Of a DNA stretch of 9,280 bases, positions 7,968 through 9,280 are shown in pieces; position 1 is the first letter of the stretch, and each line of letters begins with the position of its first letter. The stretch lies in the sequence record OY723346.1; one strand, 5' to 3'. The position numbers were made by a program, and so were the translations under genes. The notes under the pieces were generated by a model that ran no database searches, had not been told where the DNA came from, and saw nothing but the letters and a program-made list of their open reading frames with translations.

Positions 7968-8215
7968 CATGTATTTGGACCCTTTTGGGGACCTCATACC
8001 ATGTCACCATACTCTGTGCACATACCATGTATCTAGAGGATATGGTCTCCATAGGTATCATGAGGGATACCCCTACCCTATGATATAGGTACCATGCAGA
8101 GCATGTGTACTCCTTATAGCATATGTAGTGATCCCCATGGTCTCTAAGGGATCTGGTGATGTCCTGGATACCACCATAATCATGTAATTGAGTACATGAA
8201 ATCATGTGTTTTTGA
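7968..8215. repeat. Intra-unit duplication, copy 2 (unit B; 3' end runs into the variable slot)
   Basis: Counterpart of 3387-~3632. Similarity decays after catgtgttttt at ~8215. Confidence 0.85.
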
Positions 8216-8418
8216 TGTCATGATTTGATGCCATGATCTCATGATCTGATGGTATGATGAGTACATACTACTACATACTACTAGTACATGCATGCCATAC
8301 CACCATAGTACCACTGTATGGTATGGTACAGGGTTAAGGTGCTATCCCTGAGGATGACCTATTCTGTGCATGCAGATAGTAGTGTATCTGTTCATAGTAC
8401 TACTCATACTACTACATC

Positions 8419-8463
8419 ATTCCATACCACCATTGTATCATGTATTCCATACCACCATTGTAT
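8419..8463. repeat. 25-bp-period direct repeat attccataccaccattgtat x2 inside the B-specific segment
   Basis: Perfect 20-mers at 8419-8438 and 8444-8463. A related ccataccaccat lies at 8294-8305. Confidence 0.9.
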
Positions 8464-8552
8464 ACACTGCATGGTATGATGAGTACTAGTACACTGTATG
8501 GTATACTCCTACTGATAGTGTACATGGTATTAGTACCTATACTCTATACGTA

Positions 8553-8792
8553 GTGACTCCTACTGTTGGTATATACCTAGTACTAGTAGCTATTGCATTA
8601 CATGGTATTGGTGCAATGGAGAGTGTTGTCCTAGAGAGTACACACGCACGTAACACCATATCCTATACATCTACTAATGGTATGCACATCAGTAGTACTA
8701 CTCCTTTACCTAATAGTGATGCACGCAGTACAGCTATTGTGCTCCATAGCATGGTAGCGCATAATGGTATGTGCTCTGCTACTCTGTATTAG
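8553..8792 (+). CDS. Doubtful 79-codon ORF (GTG start) in the single-copy segment; no recognisable family
   Basis: It is the only ORF lying in non-repeated DNA. It has an RNY-like bias: purine at codon position 1 in 55/79 codons and pyrimidine at position 3 in 52/79. The N-terminal stretch VGIYLVLVAIALHGIGAM is hydrophobic. I saw no RBS or promoter, and the bias may come from decayed trinucleotide repeats. Confidence 0.15.
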   Translation: MTPTVGIYLVLVAIALHGIGAMESVVLESTHARNTISYTSTNGMHISSTTPLPNSDARSTAIVLHSMVAHNGMCSATLY

Positions 8793-8919
8793 TAGTATAT
8801 GCACTGCTAGGGTAATGTTAAAGGTCACGTTATCGTCTACTAGTGCATAGTCTCCCTCCTGGTCCCTCACTCCCTGTATGGCAGTGTATAGACCATGTAG
8901 AGATACTATGCACTAATAC

Positions 8920-9280
8920 GATGTGTATACCTATCCATTAAGTACATCATTAGATACATCAAACCATGTGTTTCATGTCATTAGGTGTATCAATACATGA
9001 TACTACTAGTACTCTCTAGATACTCATAGTACTCCATACACCTCTGCAATGGTGGTATGGTACCCGTACTCCCCATGTACTGTATACCATAGGATACATG
9101 GTACTAATGGTGTGTATGGTGTAGTACTACTGGTATTAGATGTGTATACCTACTCATAATGAGTACTTCATGTCATCAAATGCATGCAATCACATGATGA
9201 TACTGCTCATGAGTACCTACCCGTAGTAGTATACATGTAGTATCCATGGTATACATAGTACTCGTAGTGTATGCTGTTAG
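8920..9280. repeat. Terminal satellite-monomer block of unit B
   Basis: Aligns with ~3977-4337. Anchors at 8975 (degenerate) and 9170. Confidence 0.85.

Larger units (their letters stand above)
8250..8920. other. Unit-B-specific single-copy segment ('variable slot'); boundaries approximate
   Basis: It has no counterpart in unit A. It replaces A ~3670-3976 at the same position between the 300-bp duplication and the terminal satellite monomers. Confidence 0.8.
4338..9280. repeat. Macro-repeat unit B (4,943 bp)
   Basis: Starts gctatgatgtagggg like position 1 and ends ctgttag like 4331-4337. It is 606 nt longer than A because of a 240-nt insertion (7325-7564) and a longer variable segment (~8250-8920). 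Confidence 0.97.

Noticed and set aside
8460-8792. Faint resemblances of the hypothetical translation to mitochondrial oxidase motifs (AIVLHS..VAH versus cox1 IVLHDTYYVVAHFH; AWY-N6-VW versus cox3 AWYWHFVDVVW)
   Set aside because: Only a few residues match, the essential second histidine is absent, one match spans an in-frame TAG, and the peptide composition (Y/H/V/T-rich) makes such chance matches likely. It is not evidence of homology without a proper HMM search.
1-9280. Treating the single-base homopolymer differences between the units as real biological frameshifts
   Set aside because: All of them lie in runs of 3-5 identical bases, which is also the typical long-read consensus error mode. 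I use them only as supporting evidence against coding, not as decisive evidence.

Overview
I see no convincing gene in this window. The 9,280 nt are two head-to-tail copies of one complex macro-repeat: unit A is 1-4337 and unit B is 4338-9280. Where the units align they are about 97-100% identical, and all large repeats are in direct orientation. The last bases of the window (...gtatgctgttag) abut its first bases (gctatgatgtagggg...) exactly as at the internal A/B junction (4337|4338). The record therefore behaves like a circular dimer or a slice of a longer tandem array.

Each unit is a mosaic of four parts:
- A GC-richer left part (~300-2340) contains 22-bp GGGTCCAAAA..CATTTTAGGG iteron-like motifs with A4/T4 tracts spaced ~10-11 bp. 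It also holds a (CG)n(TG)n tract, a G4-type motif and a 12-mer x4 microsatellite.
- A ~125-nt GC-rich, hairpin-forming element occurs five times in the window, plus one possible deletion derivative.
- A ~300-bp segment is duplicated within the unit.
- Blocks of degenerate ~206-bp satellite monomers are very rich in GTAC, CATG and TA.

Unit B differs from A in two places. One is a 240-bp insertion (7325-7564) that carries the fifth element copy and a 14-bp micro-inversion. The other is a replaced 'variable slot' (A ~3670-3976 versus B ~8250-8920). The B version of that slot is the only sizeable single-copy DNA here and the only stretch with protein-like 3-base periodicity.

The longest ORF is 180 codons. 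The ORFs are low-complexity and overlap on both strands. Between the copies they are broken by 1-bp indels and a TAA/CAA difference. I recognised no rRNA, tRNA, CRISPR array, transposase or known protein family. The architecture looks like eukaryotic or organellar satellite DNA, or a non-coding repetitive replicon, rather than ordinary prokaryotic chromosome. The taxon cannot be assigned from the sequence alone.
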